Positions 48,480-62,084 of a DNA stretch of 64,000 bases are shown here, in pieces. Both the position numbers and the translations under genes were made by a program. Under the pieces are notes generated by a model. The model was not told the origin of the DNA. It saw nothing but the letters and a program-made list of their open reading frames with translations, and searched no databases. Source of the DNA: Antechinus flavipes (lineage: Eukaryota); NCBI RefSeq assembly GCF_016432865.1, contig NC_067401.1, forward strand, positions 140,988,001-141,052,000, in the 5' to 3' direction. How positions within the stretch are numbered: position 1 is the stretch's first letter; each line of letters starts with the position of its first letter.

Positions 48480-48652
48480 CTTCTGGACTCTAGCTTCTAA
48501 AATGGGGGTCATGATTCCATATGGGTCCCCTTACAAAATGTGGAAGTTGTGAAATTATGATATAGTATCAGTAACTGTTTGACATATCTACATACCTAGG
48601 GTCACAAAAATTTCTTGGGCAAGTGGAAAAAGTTTAAGAAGCCATGGCCTAG
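48480..48652. mobile_element. hAT-Charlie-type non-autonomous DNA transposon remnant
   Basis: Terminus gaaaaagtttaagaagccatgg next to cctaga, a hAT-like target; the other end is degraded. Confidence 0.45.
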
Positions 48653-51048
48653 ACTAACCATTATTTTGATCATTGCTTTGCTATAGCTCTCAGTTCCTTT
48701 CTTACCATGCCTCAGATTTTCCTTTGGCCAAGCCTATGAACTCATAAAGAATGCAGTTAACTCCACTGTTCCTTATGGGGCTTTGCACATGATAAAAATA
48801 CAGGTATGCCTCACTTTATGGAAAAGGCAACAGTTATGGTTCTATGCAAGTGAGTTAAAGCAAATCTTATTGCCACTACGTTAAAGGATTTAGTTGTTTA
48901 AAGGAAATTATTAGGATGAGTGGATTATTAATGTTATGAAGCTGCCAAAATTTCCTTAATGTGATACACAGCCATACTATGACTTCTTAATTAGTTGTAT
49001 AGGATTCTACCCATGGCAAATATTTTTTCTAGAAACGATTTCCAATGTTACACTTTACTTTTCTGAGACACCACTTTTGACATCAAATGGTTCAGGGACA
49101 GTTCATGGAATACATCACTGTGAAGGCAAAACTGCTTTAAAACACAAACACATATAAGTTTGTACTTGGGATAGACTAATATCTCAGGGCAGGGATAGCT
49201 GAGTTTGGAAATGCTCATCCTTAGGATGGCCATTGGGGGAGATGAGTTTTGTGGGACATAGCAACTCTTTATGACCATCTACTAAGCTATAGAGTATTTG
49301 GAATAAACTGGAATTTGGAATCATGGCATAGTGGGAAGAGTATAGGGGGAAAGGATAGTGTCTTAACCTTGTCACTAACTAGCTGTGTGACTGAGCAAAT
49401 CATGCTTTGTCATGATTTAAATTTCAAATTCTACACCTGTAAGTTAAAGGGATTAAACTAGATGGCCTTTTAAAGTCTTCTTCATCTCTGAAACGTTATG
49501 ATTTTATATCCTAAAAACAAAATGACTTTGAAATTTTTAAAAGTTAGACTTTTTCAGGTTCTCCCTCTCTTCTGATTTATATATGTCATTTTCTCCATTA
49601 GAATGTAAGCCCCTTGAGGAGGGGACATTTTGGCTGTTTCTTTGTATCTCTAGTACCTAGCAGTGTCCAGGATACAGGAAATGCTTAATAAGTGTTTGTT
49701 GATTGGTAGACTGAAAAACTGTAATAATCTCTTCCCCTTATCTCTAACTTTTGCTTTCTACAGGCTTGTATGCCTATAATTTCATTTTATCTTCTTATTA
49801 GCTTATTATAGGTAGCTATGACAAGGATTATTTTCTCTATAGATGAGGAAACTGATACATACTGGAGAAGACCTAAAGATAGAATGTGACTTGATTATAG
49901 TTCACTCAGCAACTTTGTTTCAGAGACAGAATTAGAACTCAAGGCTGTTCCTATCAAAGTACATCAATTAGATAAACTATCCTATTGGTAGAACTTGGCA
50001 TTCTCTATGTAGCATAGAGGGGTGGGGGCTCAGAGAAAGAAGGCCAAGGAAGGCATCCTGCCAACATGTCCCTCCCTCTCCTGAGGCCCTGCAGAGCTGA
50101 CAGCAGGAGACAGATAATGAGCCGCTGATTATTCAGACTGCAGTGTTTTTTGCTGACTTGGGAACAGACACTCCCCAACAAGAAATAAAATTAAACAGGC
50201 CCTTCTGTCCGGAAGCTTTAAATACACTGCCAAGCGTAAAGCATGTTGGGAGAGGCTGGCAGCAAGGAAGCCAAGTGGCACAGGATTGATGCACTGGAGA
50301 CAGAAGAGAAATACTAATAGTAATAATAGTACAGTCACATATCCACGATCCTTACAAAAGAGAATCATAGCATAAATAATTCGAATTCTTTTTTGATTTG
50401 GGACTGCTTTTGTATTTATACTTAAATACAGATATTCCAGATATTTAGTGGGTCCAAAATCAATCCAAATCCAATCATGAAGCCACAGGGTGAAGATCTA
50501 ATGCCAGAGGAACTAAAAAGTTACCCATCTGTTCCACTTCATGATGAAGATAAACAGCCTAAAAAGCCCAGTACTTGGAGTCAGGAGAATCTGAGTTCAA
50601 ATCGGGTCTCAAACACTTACTAGTTATGTGACTCTGGGCTAGTCACTTAACTTTAATTGTTCCCTCCCAATTCTCCTCCTACCCCCCTCCCCCAAATAAA
50701 AACCAATTATTAACCTAAGTAGAAATTTCCTTGCTCTAAAATTGCTATCTTTCTGACTCACACCTTTTTAGAGGACAAAGACAAAATGCACTGTTTAGAT
50801 TACAGAAGCCCTTTCCTTTCAGCACATGAAACCCTGCTGGGCTACAGGCTTTGTGGAAGAGTGAACATAAATAAAGATGTGAGACGTAAACAGAGTAGGT
50901 GATAATATCAACAAGAAGTGGAGTAAGAACTGCCGCAGATAACTAACAACAAGGCAAATCCAGAGTTGATTGTAACAGAATCCTGCCAAGTCTTTCCTTT
51001 ATACCTCCCATTTTAAATTCTAGGATAGATTTTTAAAAAGAGACCTAC

Positions 51049-51137
51049 CTCTTGTTCTTGTCTTTGTCCAACTCTGGTGATGTGAAGCTGCCCAATCCTG
51101 GCTTGGATTCTAGGGCCAAGATAGGAGGCTGCAGCAC
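51049..51137 (-). CDS. KIF18B: KIF18B exon 11, VLQPPILALESKPGLGSFTSPELDKDKNKR
   Basis: Aligns to human LTLQPKPVVGHFSARELDGDRSKQ; catcag/gtaggt boundaries; 89 nt fits phases 0 to 2. Confidence 0.85.
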
Positions 51138-52002
51138 CTGATGGAAGGCGAGCAGTTACACAGACACAGAGAGCCTACGATGCTTTTCCCCTTCAAGTTG
51201 TCTCTTACCCATTAATCAAGCAACTTTTGAATACTCTCCCCTCACCCTCACCTCCCCTTCCTCTAAGCTGCTCTAGGTTGATCAGAGCCCAATTTAGATA
51301 CTAAGCTAGATTATTTTTTAATGTCCCTCAGTTCCTCATTTTATTCACTACTTTGTTATATATTTACTCTTGATCTATAGATAATATAAATATAGCAGCC
51401 TGGTTTTGTTGCATGTCAGCACTTTGCAAAGGATGGTATTCATGTCTCTTTACATTGTAAGATGCTAAGGGGGCAGGGTCTCAGGTCTCTGAAAGCTTTT
51501 TTTTAATTAAATTTTTTCAATTTAAAAAATCTATTTTCTCACTCTTCTACCACTAAAAGCAAGAACAAACCCTAAAACTCTTATAAAAAATTTGCTTAGT
51601 CAAGCAGAACAAATTCTTCCATTGGTCAATTCCAAGAAGCTTTTGTTTCAATGTGTACCCTGAATTCTACGTAATCTTTTAATAGAATAGTCAGCCCAGA
51701 ACTATACACAATCAGGCCCCTGGGTCAGTTTTGTGAGGATGCTAATATATATTTGTATCTATTTGTCTTAGGATAGAAAAATTAGCACCTGAAGCTTTGC
51801 TTTATTCCTCTACTCTGTGGGGAGATCCAGATGCCCTTAAATAAGCTAAGGCTGTTCTAAAGGCAATTCTATTAAGGGGACTTTAGACCTGAGGGATCCT
51901 CTTGCCACTTGGGAACAAAGAAGAGGATGAAGGAATCCTTGCCCAGTGTCTCAGAAGCATTTGACCTGTCATTCAATTCTCTGAGCCCAGCTTCAGAAAT
52001 AC

Positions 52003-52198
52003 CTTTTTTATGGTGCTTTCATCCCTCCCATTCATTGGTTCCTGTGTTTGAGAAATAATGAAGGGCTTCATCACCTTTTTATCCTCCATTTGGGTCTCCA
52101 TATTCTCTTCTTGGGGAGTTCCAGGGTTTGAATAGAGTTCTAGAGAGGAGGATTGACTAGAATGTTGGCTCAATGAAGATGAGTCAGGAAGTCTGGGG
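52003..52198 (-). CDS. KIF18B: KIF18B exon 10 (divergent low-complexity linker, PRLPDSSSLSQ...RDESTIKK)
   Basis: Open frame between a cttag acceptor and AAG|gtattt donor; phases 2 to 0 fit the neighbouring exons; sequence similarity to human is low. Confidence 0.7.
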
Positions 52199-52618
52199 CT
52201 AAGGGGAAACAAAGGCTAAAATGAGAAGTAAGAAAGATAGAGAACAGAGAATGTACACATGGTAGACTTTAAAGGAGATAAAGCTAAGCTTCTTGGTACC
52301 AGAGTAGCATACAATGATCACTGATAGAGCTTCATCAGCCAATGGGCATTAACCATAGTTTTCTAAAAGGAAGATGATTATTTTCTTATTCAAATAACAT
52401 TAAAATCCTAAAATCTTAAGTTCACTATGTGCAAAAAAACCTGTTTAGGTGGACTGAGGTCTGGGCTGCAACCTTAATTACAAATAGAATCCTAGTTCCC
52501 TAACTACTTTTGCTAGCATGTACTCTTGCACTGATACCAGAAAAAATGGGGAGAAGGACTTGAAATATGGTTAAGCATATTTCATCTTAGATAAGGACTG
52601 GAGAAGGAGAATGCTTAC

Positions 52619-52731
52619 CCTGGCTGCAGAGGACTAGTGCAAAGAGATGGCTTGGGCAGCTCCGGGAGCTCTTGTGGGGTGCTCCTTGCTCCTGCTTCAT
52701 ACACTTGAAGTTTTTCTCGAAGGACAGCCAC
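52619..52731 (-). CDS. KIF18B: KIF18B exon 9, [37 protein letters not shown]
   Basis: VA.LR.KLQVYE motif; gtag/gtaagc boundaries; 113 nt. Confidence 0.92.
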
Positions 52732-52899
52732 CTACAGCACAAGCACCCGTACCCATTAAAGTCCTAGATCCGGCTAGAAAGCATAAGTTTAGCATGAGAA
52801 GAGGGAGAAGAAGGGGGCAAGAAAAGCAGGTCTTTATCCATCAAGGATTCTCTCTCCCTCTCACCAGATCCAGGGGCCCTGAAGCCCCCAGATCTTTAC

Positions 52900-52974
52900 C
52901 TCAGCCTGAAGCTGCTGGCAGATGGTAGCATACTGGCTGATGTGACAGTTCAAGCTAATCACGTTGCTCTTGAG
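52900..52974 (-). CDS. KIF18B: KIF18B exon 8 (neck), [25 protein letters not shown]
   Basis: Near-identical to human; 75 nt; ccag/gtaaag boundaries. Confidence 0.96.
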
Positions 52975-53306
52975 CTGGAAAGAGGAAAGCTGTGGTTACA
53001 TACAGGAGAGCATCCCCTCCTCCCTCCCATTCCCAGTTACCTCACAGTTTGGTTATTTTTCTCTTGTGTTTCTGTCACCATGTCTTGGGTATATACTCTC
53101 TCTACTTCCCACTACACTGGGATCTCCATAAGAATGAAGATTGTTTTTAATGAGGCTTTAAGCTTCCTTTGTCCACCTCTTCTTTCCTTGGCCTCTGTCT
53201 CACACTGACACTTTTAACCGGGACCCTCATTCACAGTCTCTCTGTAACCCAAACCCCTCTATCTACAATGACCTCTGCCTGCTCCGTCTGCTGGGCAGGT
53301 ACCCAC

Positions 53307-53483
53307 CGAGAGCTTGATCTCCTTGGCACGGTCAGCATACTTGAGCGTGTTGTAGGTATCCTCATAGGCCAGGGCTGAGGGACTGACAGCCGCGATCATC
53401 ACTGTCCGGCAGTTCCCTCCTATTGAGTCCTTTAGCAAACGGGTCAGCTTGCTGTCGCGGTATGGCACATGGGACTTTCGGCC
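53307..53483 (-). CDS. KIF18B: KIF18B exon 7, [59 protein letters not shown]
   Basis: Kinesin [13 protein letters not shown] motif; 177 nt. Confidence 0.97.
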
Positions 53484-53771
53484 CTTTAAGGATGCAGGAG
53501 AAGACATTTGTGTTCAAGATGGCCAAGCTAAAAGAAGTCCCTGATTCTGAGCTAGAAGCAGCGCCTAGAAAGATCAGTGCTCAAGCCTAAATTATAGGAG
53601 ACCTGAAGCTTTTCCCTCCTTCTATCTAAGCCTCAAACCCAGCAGGAAAGCAGCCAGAAAAGGTGATTCTGCTTTCAGAGTCAGACACCAGCTCTCTCCC
53701 TCAACCCAAACCCTCCTGCATCCAGCTCTCACATTCATTTACCTCATAAGGACATGGTGCCTGGGGATTAC

Positions 53772-53969
53772 CTTTGCATCTGCCAAAGCATTGAGGACGT
53801 TGATGAGAGCCAGGAGCGAGCGATTGATATTGGCACCCTCCCGAAGCCGCTCCCCACTGGCATGAGTGTTTGATGCCCTTTCTGAGCCTGCCAGATCAAT
53901 CAGGCTCATCTTGGCAACCTGCAAGGTCTGGGTCAGTCCTGGAACACAATCCTGCTGCTTCACATAGAT
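53772..53969 (-). CDS. KIF18B: KIF18B exon 6 (switch II DLAGSER; [12 protein letters not shown])
   Basis: 198 nt; ctag/gtaatc boundaries. Confidence 0.97.
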
Positions 53970-54068
53970 CTAGACGAGTCAACAAAACAAGAGGTGGGTG
54001 GAACAACTAGGGAGGCAGGGAAGCAAAGAAAGATGTCGGATCTCTGCTCAAAGGCTCAAGGCTCTTAC

Positions 54069-54179
54069 CTGAAAGACTGCATGTGAACGAGAGGATGTGG
54101 CATTAGCATCAGTGGGGTGTTGCGTACGATTCCGGTTCCCTCTGCTCAACATTTCCAGAAGCTGTTCAGCTGAGGTTGG
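54069..54179 (-). CDS. KIF18B: KIF18B exon 5 (switch [13 protein letters not shown])
   Basis: 111 nt; ttag/gtaaga boundaries. Confidence 0.97.
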
Positions 54180-54441
54180 CTAAAGAAATCGTACTCAGAA
54201 AGAGCTTGCAATATTGACACAACCAGGTCCCTGGTCTCCACCTCAATATTTGACTAGCTCACTAGCCCCAGGACCCTTCCTGACCAGCATGGGAATGTTC
54301 CTTGGGCCTCTTTCCTTTTTTGAAACTTATGGTATTTCCAGATAGTCTTTTAACTAGTCCACAGTAGGAAAGGCAAGGCAAAAGTTAAGGTTTCCCAAGA
54401 AAGATGGGACCAATTTTTCCCATTTGTCCCCAATATCAAAC

Positions 54442-54546
54442 CTGATGGAAGGAGAGTCCTGGAACCACAACACCCTTGTCTGGGTCTTCTCTGATAGCTA
54501 GGGGACCTTTAGGATCTAAGAGGTCATATATTTGTTCATTGTACAC
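54442..54546 (-). CDS. KIF18B: KIF18B exon 4, [35 protein letters not shown]
   Basis: 105 nt; tcag/gtttga boundaries. Confidence 0.97.
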
Positions 54547-55377
54547 CTGAAAAGAAAAGAAGACCAAGTAATGGTGGTGAAAGTGGGTGGGAAATCAGGA
54601 TTAGTAAAGTGTATAGGTTCAACCAACTAGTTAGAATCAGGGGGTGGGAAAGTCTCTGCCTGAGTTGTTAGGGTGAGCATTAAGAACGAGCAAAAAGTAT
54701 TACTTTAGTTATCTCTGAACAAGATGTTTTTCAGATATTATTTGTGATTTTATGTCTAATATATCTGTAGGATAGACAAGGATGGAGGGCAGTAGGTGAG
54801 CTAATGTTACCACTAGATTGGAGAAAATTGAGATTGAGATCCAAAGAAAGATATTGGCTCAAGTCCTCTAGAAAAGCAGTGACAGATATGGAACCTGAAT
54901 TCTGATTTTCTGCTTCCTACACTTGGCCTCTTTGTGATTAGAGGACAGGGGAAATGTTTACCTCCTTGTTCGGAGGCACCAGCATTTATTGTGGTACCTA
55001 AGATTGTCTTCTTTCTTGAGGAAAAAGAAAGAACAGTACAACTGTTCAGAAGAGGTGGAATTGGTTAAATGTCTACAACACAGGAGGAAACTTGGAGGGA
55101 CAGAATTAAATGGGTGAGACTTTAAATGTAAAGTATGCTTTTACTTAGTTTTTCCCACATGGCTGCCTCCATCTGCCTTTGAGCCTCTCAGCCCCAACCA
55201 GTATCTACCTCTCCCACTGCCTACTCACTCAAGCTCTCTACTGAGAGTTAGTTGTGAGGCAGGAATGCTTACCAGATAGGGGTGGGGAAAGCCTGATTTA
55301 GAAAGGTCAGAAAGAGGTCTACTCAGACCTCTAGTTTTCCTCTAAAGTTTGGGGGTAACAGGGTGGGGCTACTATAC

Positions 55378-55535
55378 CTCCTGGTAACTGATGAGAACCT
55401 CATAGCGTTTCTCCTGCCGGCGGGCCTCTAGACGCTGATAAAGCTCCATCATGGTCAGGTACATGATGCCAGGGTCCCCCTCTCCTCCCAGCATAGTGTG
55501 TGTCTTTCCTGCTCCTGTGGCCCCATAGGCAAAAA
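55378..55535 (-). CDS. KIF18B: KIF18B exon 3 (P-loop [15 protein letters not shown])
   Basis: 158 nt; gcag/gtatag boundaries. Confidence 0.97.
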
Positions 55536-56544
55536 CTGCAGGGAGTTAAAGGAGATGCAGCAGTGTAAATCCTCCTCCATTCTCTCCACAGGAAAGGGTG
55601 CAGTGTTCTGAATCTTTCCAAATGCCAGTATACTTGTTCAGATCTCTTCTTCCTATTCCTCTCGTGCCTCCTTCCCTTATTTTCTAATTCTCACCCTACT
55701 TTAGGAAGCTTTCTCTGATTACCATTCTCCTGGCTACATTCACTTTGGTCAAATTTCCATTTCCTAACACTGAGGTTTATCCCTGTAAGGCTACAATTAT
55801 TGAACTTGCCTATCACTTCTTCCTCTAACTTTCCTCCTAAATTATAAGTTCCCCAAAGATAAGACTGGACTGAAACATAAAGAGAACACCTATACAGATT
55901 GTTGAAGCTCTGTGTTGGAAGAGAAACAAAAGATAAAAGCTTCTACTTTCAGTATCCTTGTCAAACAGATGAAAATGAACATACTCCATGGCGGTCATCT
56001 CCAAATTTTAAGCATGAACCCCCAATATGTATGTATGTATTTATTTATATCTGACATGCATGTATTTTTGTACAAATAATTATCTACAATATAAAACTTA
56101 TACAAATAGAAACATTAAAAAGTATCTTTGATCCTAGAGTTAACAGGGAGCCGTTCAAATTTGAGTAGCAGAGTGATATGGTCAGAAAAATTACTTTGGC
56201 ACTTGGGTAGATGAAGTGGAGAGGTAGGACTTGAGATAAGGAAATCTGAAATAGGAGGCCATTTCAATGGCCCCTCTGAGAGATGATCAAAGTGTGAATA
56301 AGGGTGGTGGCTTTGGGAGTGGAGAAAAGAGGAGAAAACCAAGAGATATCATAGTGGTATAAATTACAAGATTTGGTAACTGACTGGAGATGTGGGGTGA
56401 ATGAAATGAGTTGAGAATGAACATTTCAAATGAGTAAGGTTTAGTGGAAAGTGTCCTGAATATGAAACAGAGCTGTCCAAGGTCTGTAACTTACTAGTTT
56501 TGTAACTTAAAGGGCTCTATTTCTTTCTTTCTTTCTTTTTTTTT

Positions 56545-56935
56545 TAAATGAAGCTGCATTTATTTATTTATTTTGGGGTTTTTTTAAGTGGTATTTTATT
56601 TTTTCCAAACACATGCAAAGATATCACCTTCACAAAACTTTGTATTCCTAATTTTTTTCTCTCTCTCCCTCTTCTCCTTTCCCTAGGACAGCAAGCAATA
56701 TGATATAGGTTAAATGTGTACAATTTTTCTAAACATATTTCCATATTTATCATGCTGAAAAAAAAAACAGGTCAAAAGAAAAAATATATAAGAAAGGAAA
56801 AAAGAAACTCACAAGCAAACAAAAACCACCACCACCACGAAAAAGGTGAAGATACTATGCTTTGTTTCATATTCAGTTTTCACAGTTCTCTCCCTAGATG
56901 TGGATGACAACTTTCCATTACAAGTCTATTGGAAC
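56545..56935 (-). mobile_element. L1 3' UTR fragment
   Basis: Marsupial L1 3' end text with a T-rich tail at about 56520-56550. Confidence 0.75.
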
Positions 56936-57779
56936 TGGGGCTCTGTTTTTTAATCTGTAAAATGAAAGGATGGCTCTCCAACATCTCTTTCAGCTCTAAA
57001 CCTATGATCCATGAACCTGGGCACCTGGAAAAATGACACTGCCTCAATAGTAATAGAGGCAGTAGAGTAGAGTTGGGAGAAGTATAATGTAATGAGACAT
57101 GATACTTATCAGTCAATATACATTTATGAAGAACCAACTATGTGCCAAACACTCTGCTAATTTAAGTGCTGAACATCACATATCACAGCCTATCCTTATT
57201 TATTCATCCTGTCTGATTCATTCTCTCCCACAAAAAAAAATGAATATGGATGGAGTCAGGGCTCTCACTGACTTCTGCTTTAATTTGCAGTGCCTGTCTG
57301 ATGAGATACACCTGCTCCTCATGGATTACCTCATCATATGAGGTGATCTGGAAGGAATAATGGAGGAAGAAGAGCCATGTTCCCCAGAAAACTTTGCTTG
57401 TAAAACTGGTATAGGTATCAGGATTGCAGTTGGGACTTTGAATCCCCAATCATAGCCATCAGAGGTCAGCAGAAGGGAGAATACAGTGATCATAGGTAAA
57501 GAGGATGGCATAGTGTTGTAGACAAATCCATTATTGGCTATCATAGGGAAGGTAGAATGCAATCCATTTTCTCTTTGATTTGCTAATCGTTATACCACTT
57601 CTCTCAGGGTCATACCATAGTCCCCACTTTAAAGACTCCTGCTCTAGTAGACAGAAACAATCCCTTCGTCTCAAGAAGTGGATAAATAAATAAAATTAAA
57701 ATTGTATGCTCTTTTACTGTATTCCCACCAAGACCTACTATAGGGCTCTATTTACAATATTGCCTGGATGACTCCTTAC

Positions 57780-58101
57780 CTGAGCAGTTGTACCCCTGGA
57801 GGACACCATCTAGGATGCTGTGGGTGGTGTGCTGGAACACTTCTTGTTGAGTGGCTGTCTCAGCAAAAACCCGATCAAAGACAAACTTCAAATCTTTGCC
57901 CTTTTTCTTGGGACCATCATGGACATTGCCTCCCCACTTCAGGCCAGGGAAACCTCCATCTGGTTCCTCAGGGTCAAAAACTAGCATTCTCCCATCTACC
58001 ACATGAACCACCGGCCTTCGATGGCTCTCCAATTCCTTTGGAGTAGGGGGTCTTACTCGAACCACTACCCTTATTGTGCTGTCCTCTTCTGTCATCACCA
58101 T
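57780..58101 (-). CDS. KIF18B: KIF18B first coding exon (exon 2), [19 protein letters not shown]...FVFDRVF...GYNCS; kinesin-8, about 858 aa total
   Basis: Kinesin motor start VVVRVRP plus KIF18B-specific GFPGLKWGG; acceptor at 58110; alternative in-frame ATG at 58095; donor G|gtaagg. Confidence 0.97.
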
Positions 58102-59814
58102 GATAATGTCTAGAGAGAAACAGAGTAAGGTTAAAGATTAGGTTCCTTCCAGCTCTAAATCTAAAATCCTGTGATCAAATTACATCTCCAGATATGAATC
58201 AGGAAAATGCTCTACTCCCTCCTCCTTCCAAAGAGCTTATCGTTCAGGAACCCCCATCAGTTCTCCCAGTTATTGACTTTCTTCAGTTTTAGTTCTGTGA
58301 TACCTTAACCTGGCCCTTTGGCTTTGGCCCACTCAATGTGCTTGCAATTCTCCACACATAGCTTGTTTATTCCTCCCTTATGTCTCCAGATGCCATTCCT
58401 CTAGTTGGACTGCCCTTTCTCTCCTCATGGTGAACCCTTCTCTCTTTAGAATCTGGCTTCAAACTTGCCTCCTCAAGGAAAAATTCTGACTAATTCAACC
58501 CCACTTGGATCAATCGTTTATCCTGCAGCTGTTTAGAATTCAATACTCACTTTGTACTATATGATTTTATACTTGCTGGTATGTTGGTTTGAGTTATTCT
58601 TAAATAATTTTGTGAATGTGCTGTCTGGGTCACACAGTCAGTAGCTGCTGAGCTAAAACTACAACTCTGACTTCTTTGCACTCTATCCAGTTGTCTTATC
58701 TTCATTATCTATTTGTGTCACTCAGGAACAAATCCCTGGAAGAATTCCTGTCTCTGCCATTCCACTTCCCAACAGCCTCGTATTTCCTAAGTAAACTGTA
58801 CAAGAAATGTTTTTAATTTCTCTTGGATTGCCGCCCCTGCAACACTTAGTAAATATCTCTACAGAAAGTACTAAATGAAACAGTCTCAAATATTCCATTC
58901 ACTCTAACAAGCATTTAAATGTCTGCTACATGCAAAGCACTTTGCTAGATTTGGAGCTAGAAAAATAAATTGAAAAATGGTCCCTCCCATTTTTGAAGGA
59001 CTACACAACTGAAGATGACTATAAGTCCCTCAAGAACTTATCCTTTTGTTTCCCCATATTCTCTCCTCCAGGCTTTCAGTCTCTCCAGGAGAACAAAGAT
59101 GACAACATGAAAGCTTCAAGGAGAATCTGGGGCATTCCTCAAAGAATTTAGCATTGACTGGGCATGGGAAGAGGCAGTGGGTGGAAGAGAGGATAGGGAG
59201 ATGTTCTGGGTTCTATGCCTCGGGGAAATCACTGAAAAACAATGAGGCCTTATTGTGAAGTGGAAAGTATATGGGACTTGGAGGCAAGAGAGGGATCAGA
59301 GGTCTAGTTTCAACTCTGCTGATAACAAGCTGCTTAACTGAACTTCCCGGGCCTTAATTTCCTTATCTTTACAATGAGGAGACCAGATTCCAAAATCTGT
59401 TTGGCTCCAAGCTGTTATAATGTTTTTTCTTATTGTATAGATACCTAGGAGGGGCAGCAGTGGACAGAGTGCCAGGCCTGGAGTCAGAAGTCACCTTTTG
59501 GAGTTCAAATCCAAAATCAGACACTTAATACCTATGTGATCCTGGAGCTCAAGTTATACAAGACTGTTTGCTTCCATTTTCAATGAGCTGGAGAAGGAAA
59601 TAGCAAACTACTTCCGTTTCTTTGCCAAGAAAATCCCAAAAGAGGTCACAAAAGTTGGACATAACTGAAAAAAAATTCTGAACAACAAAAGGAGATAGGA
59701 AGAACACAGTAATCCAAGGTTGCTCAGGTCAACAAGTGAGATTGGACCCAGGCTTCTCCTTATATTGAGATGCTAATTCCTAAAGCTCACCTGTTAGTCT
59801 AGAGACTACATGGT

Positions 59815-60310
59815 TATAAAGTTAGAAGGGACTTTTAAGGCTACCAAACTTTTCTACAACAGTTCTAAAAAAGATCAGCCAGGATCTGCTTTTATACTTC
59901 CACTCAGAGGGACCTCACTACTTCCTGAGGCATCAGTCAAGCTTTCTGGTATGGACGGCTCAAATGTCTGGGCAATTGTTCCTTAAATTGCAAGGAAATA
60001 GACATCTCTGCAGCTTCTAACCCATTGTTCCTAGTTTTATCTTTCAGGTCAAATAGAGTAAGTCTAATCCTTGGTCCATGGTCCACTTGCCAACCCTTCA
60101 TATATATGAACATGGCTACTATGCCTCCAGTCTTTTCTTTACCAAGCTAAACACGTTCAGTTCTTTCAACCTAACCTCATGTTTTCCAGTTTTCTCGTCG
60201 CCTGGTTATTCTCTAAGCCTGGTTATCCTCGTCAGGACATACTTCAATCTATCTTTCCTAAAATTAATTGCCCAGAGCTGAACACAGCATTCCACATTCA
60301 TTCTGACCAT
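59815..60310. mobile_element. L3/CR1 remnant in KIF18B intron 1
   Basis: CR1-type text (agttagaagggac...ccattgttcctagtttt...accaagctaaacacgttcagttc). Confidence 0.55.
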
Positions 60311-61513
60311 GCTATTATTTATTATTAATTTTATGTGGTTGCGATATCAGATAGGTCTTGATTTTAAACATTTCCTCCCCCAAATAAAGGTGACAATAGC
60401 TAACAACAGTAACCCTTTTGTATAGTTCAATTTTCTACTTAGCAAATAGGCTGCTAAGCTTTACACTCTTGAAATACCACATTCCCTCTACATAGCTTAA
60501 GAATGTTCTTTCATTCATATAGTTCCATTTCTTTCCTACCATAACATGATACACTGAAAAGGATGTGGCTGGCTTAAATGGTTTGAGAACCACTGAAGCT
60601 ATACATACTTGGGGTGGGCTAAGCTATGCCTATCTCAGCCACTCACGTTATATTTTAACTAAGAAGGGGGCCACACTGTTACCAAATTGCATGCTTAATG
60701 AATTAAAATGGATATAATAACTGAGTATAATAACCTTTATTATCTCTGTCCTCCTCTTACTGCCTTCAGAGGGGCTAAGAAATAGTCTGCTTGCCTAATG
60801 AGATATTTTCCCTCTCCTTGGGACAGAGCTGTGGGTATGACAATTTGTGTTGTTATAGCCAACAAGCCTATATCTTTCTTCATCCCTAATCTATATTTAA
60901 ATTGGGGATGGGAAATGGGGGGACGCGGGGGAGGAGGGAGGTGTCCTGACAAGCCACCTCACTCAGGGACATCAGTTTTCCTCTCCCAGAGTCAGAGAAA
61001 ACAGCTGCTGCTCCCTCTTTCCTCAGGGGGACTGTAAAGATTAATGAGAGTATGTTTGCCAAGACTGCTTTCATCTGAAGCTGGAAAGAATATCTGAGCC
61101 CAAAGCACTAGGAAAATGCTACAGTCACATCTCATTTCTAACCTGGAGCAGCTCATTAAAACTTAGAATTCAGTGAGGGGCAGAGATAGGAAAGGAAAGC
61201 CACAGATACAGGTCATTTTCAGGATCATGAGTTCTGCCAACCCTTCAATTGATGCAAAAGTTTATTTCTTTTCCTTTCCAGGAATGGCAGTGAAGACAGC
61301 GCCAGATCTGGAGTCAGACAACCCACATTTGAACCCTGGCTCTGCTACTTACTATCTGAGCGACCTTGAAGAAGTCACTTGCCCTCTTTTGATGAAATGA
61401 GGGATTTGGTTTCTGACTCTAAGAAGCTTTAATGTTCTAAGGGAAAATGACAACAATTCCTGATCAACTTGGAGTCATGGAAGCATGCCTCTCCTATTTA
61501 CAGAGATACTATG

Positions 61514-61693
61514 GGGCAGCTGGGTGGTACAGTGAAGAGAATACCAGCCTGAAGTCAGGAGGAGCTGAGTTCAAATCAGACCTCAGACACTTAACACTTT
61601 CCGAGCTGTGTGACCTTGAGCAAGTAACTTAACCCCAATTGCCTCAGCAAAAAAAAGAAAAAAAAAAAAAAAAGAAAAAGGAAAAGGAAAAAG
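61514..61693 (+). mobile_element. Full-length WSINE1-like SINE with 12-bp TSD
   Basis: TSD agagatactatg at 61502-61513 and 61694-61705; long A-rich tail. Confidence 0.9.
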
Positions 61694-61936
61694 AGAGATA
61701 CTATGAAAGGAATGGGAAGACAAAAGGGGTCAAGGAGAGGGAGCTCAATCACAAAAAAGGATCAAGCACTTTGCCCCCAGTACCTTTAAAAGTTGGAAGA
61801 AAAAGATGTACAGCCTTTCTCCTCTTTATAACAAATTTTATAAAAGTTTGTGTACATTATCTCATTCTCTTTCCTAGATTTCTAGTCATCCAGGGAGGAG
61901 ACCTCAAAGTTATCCTTAACTCTTGGCTCTATCCAA

Positions 61937-62084
61937 GAGGCAGCTAGATGGCACAATGGATTCTTGAAGTCAAGAGGAGCCGAGTTCAAAAACAGCCTCA
62001 GGCACTTAACACTGTCTGTGTGATCTTGAAGAAGTCACTTAATCCCAATTGCCTCCAAAAATAACCCCCCCCCCCAAAAAAAAA
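61937..62084 (+). mobile_element. Older WSINE1-like SINE with 7-bp TSD
   Basis: TSD tatccaa at 61930-61936 and 62085-62091. Confidence 0.75.

Noticed and set aside
48790-49150. Possible Tigger-like MITE starting CAGGTATGCCTCACTTTA
   Set aside because: The matching terminus is too degraded to support a call by eye.
52270-52345. C/D snoRNA-like CTGATGA on the minus strand in a KIF18B intron
   Set aside because: Imperfect C box, and no D box with a terminal stem at a suitable distance.
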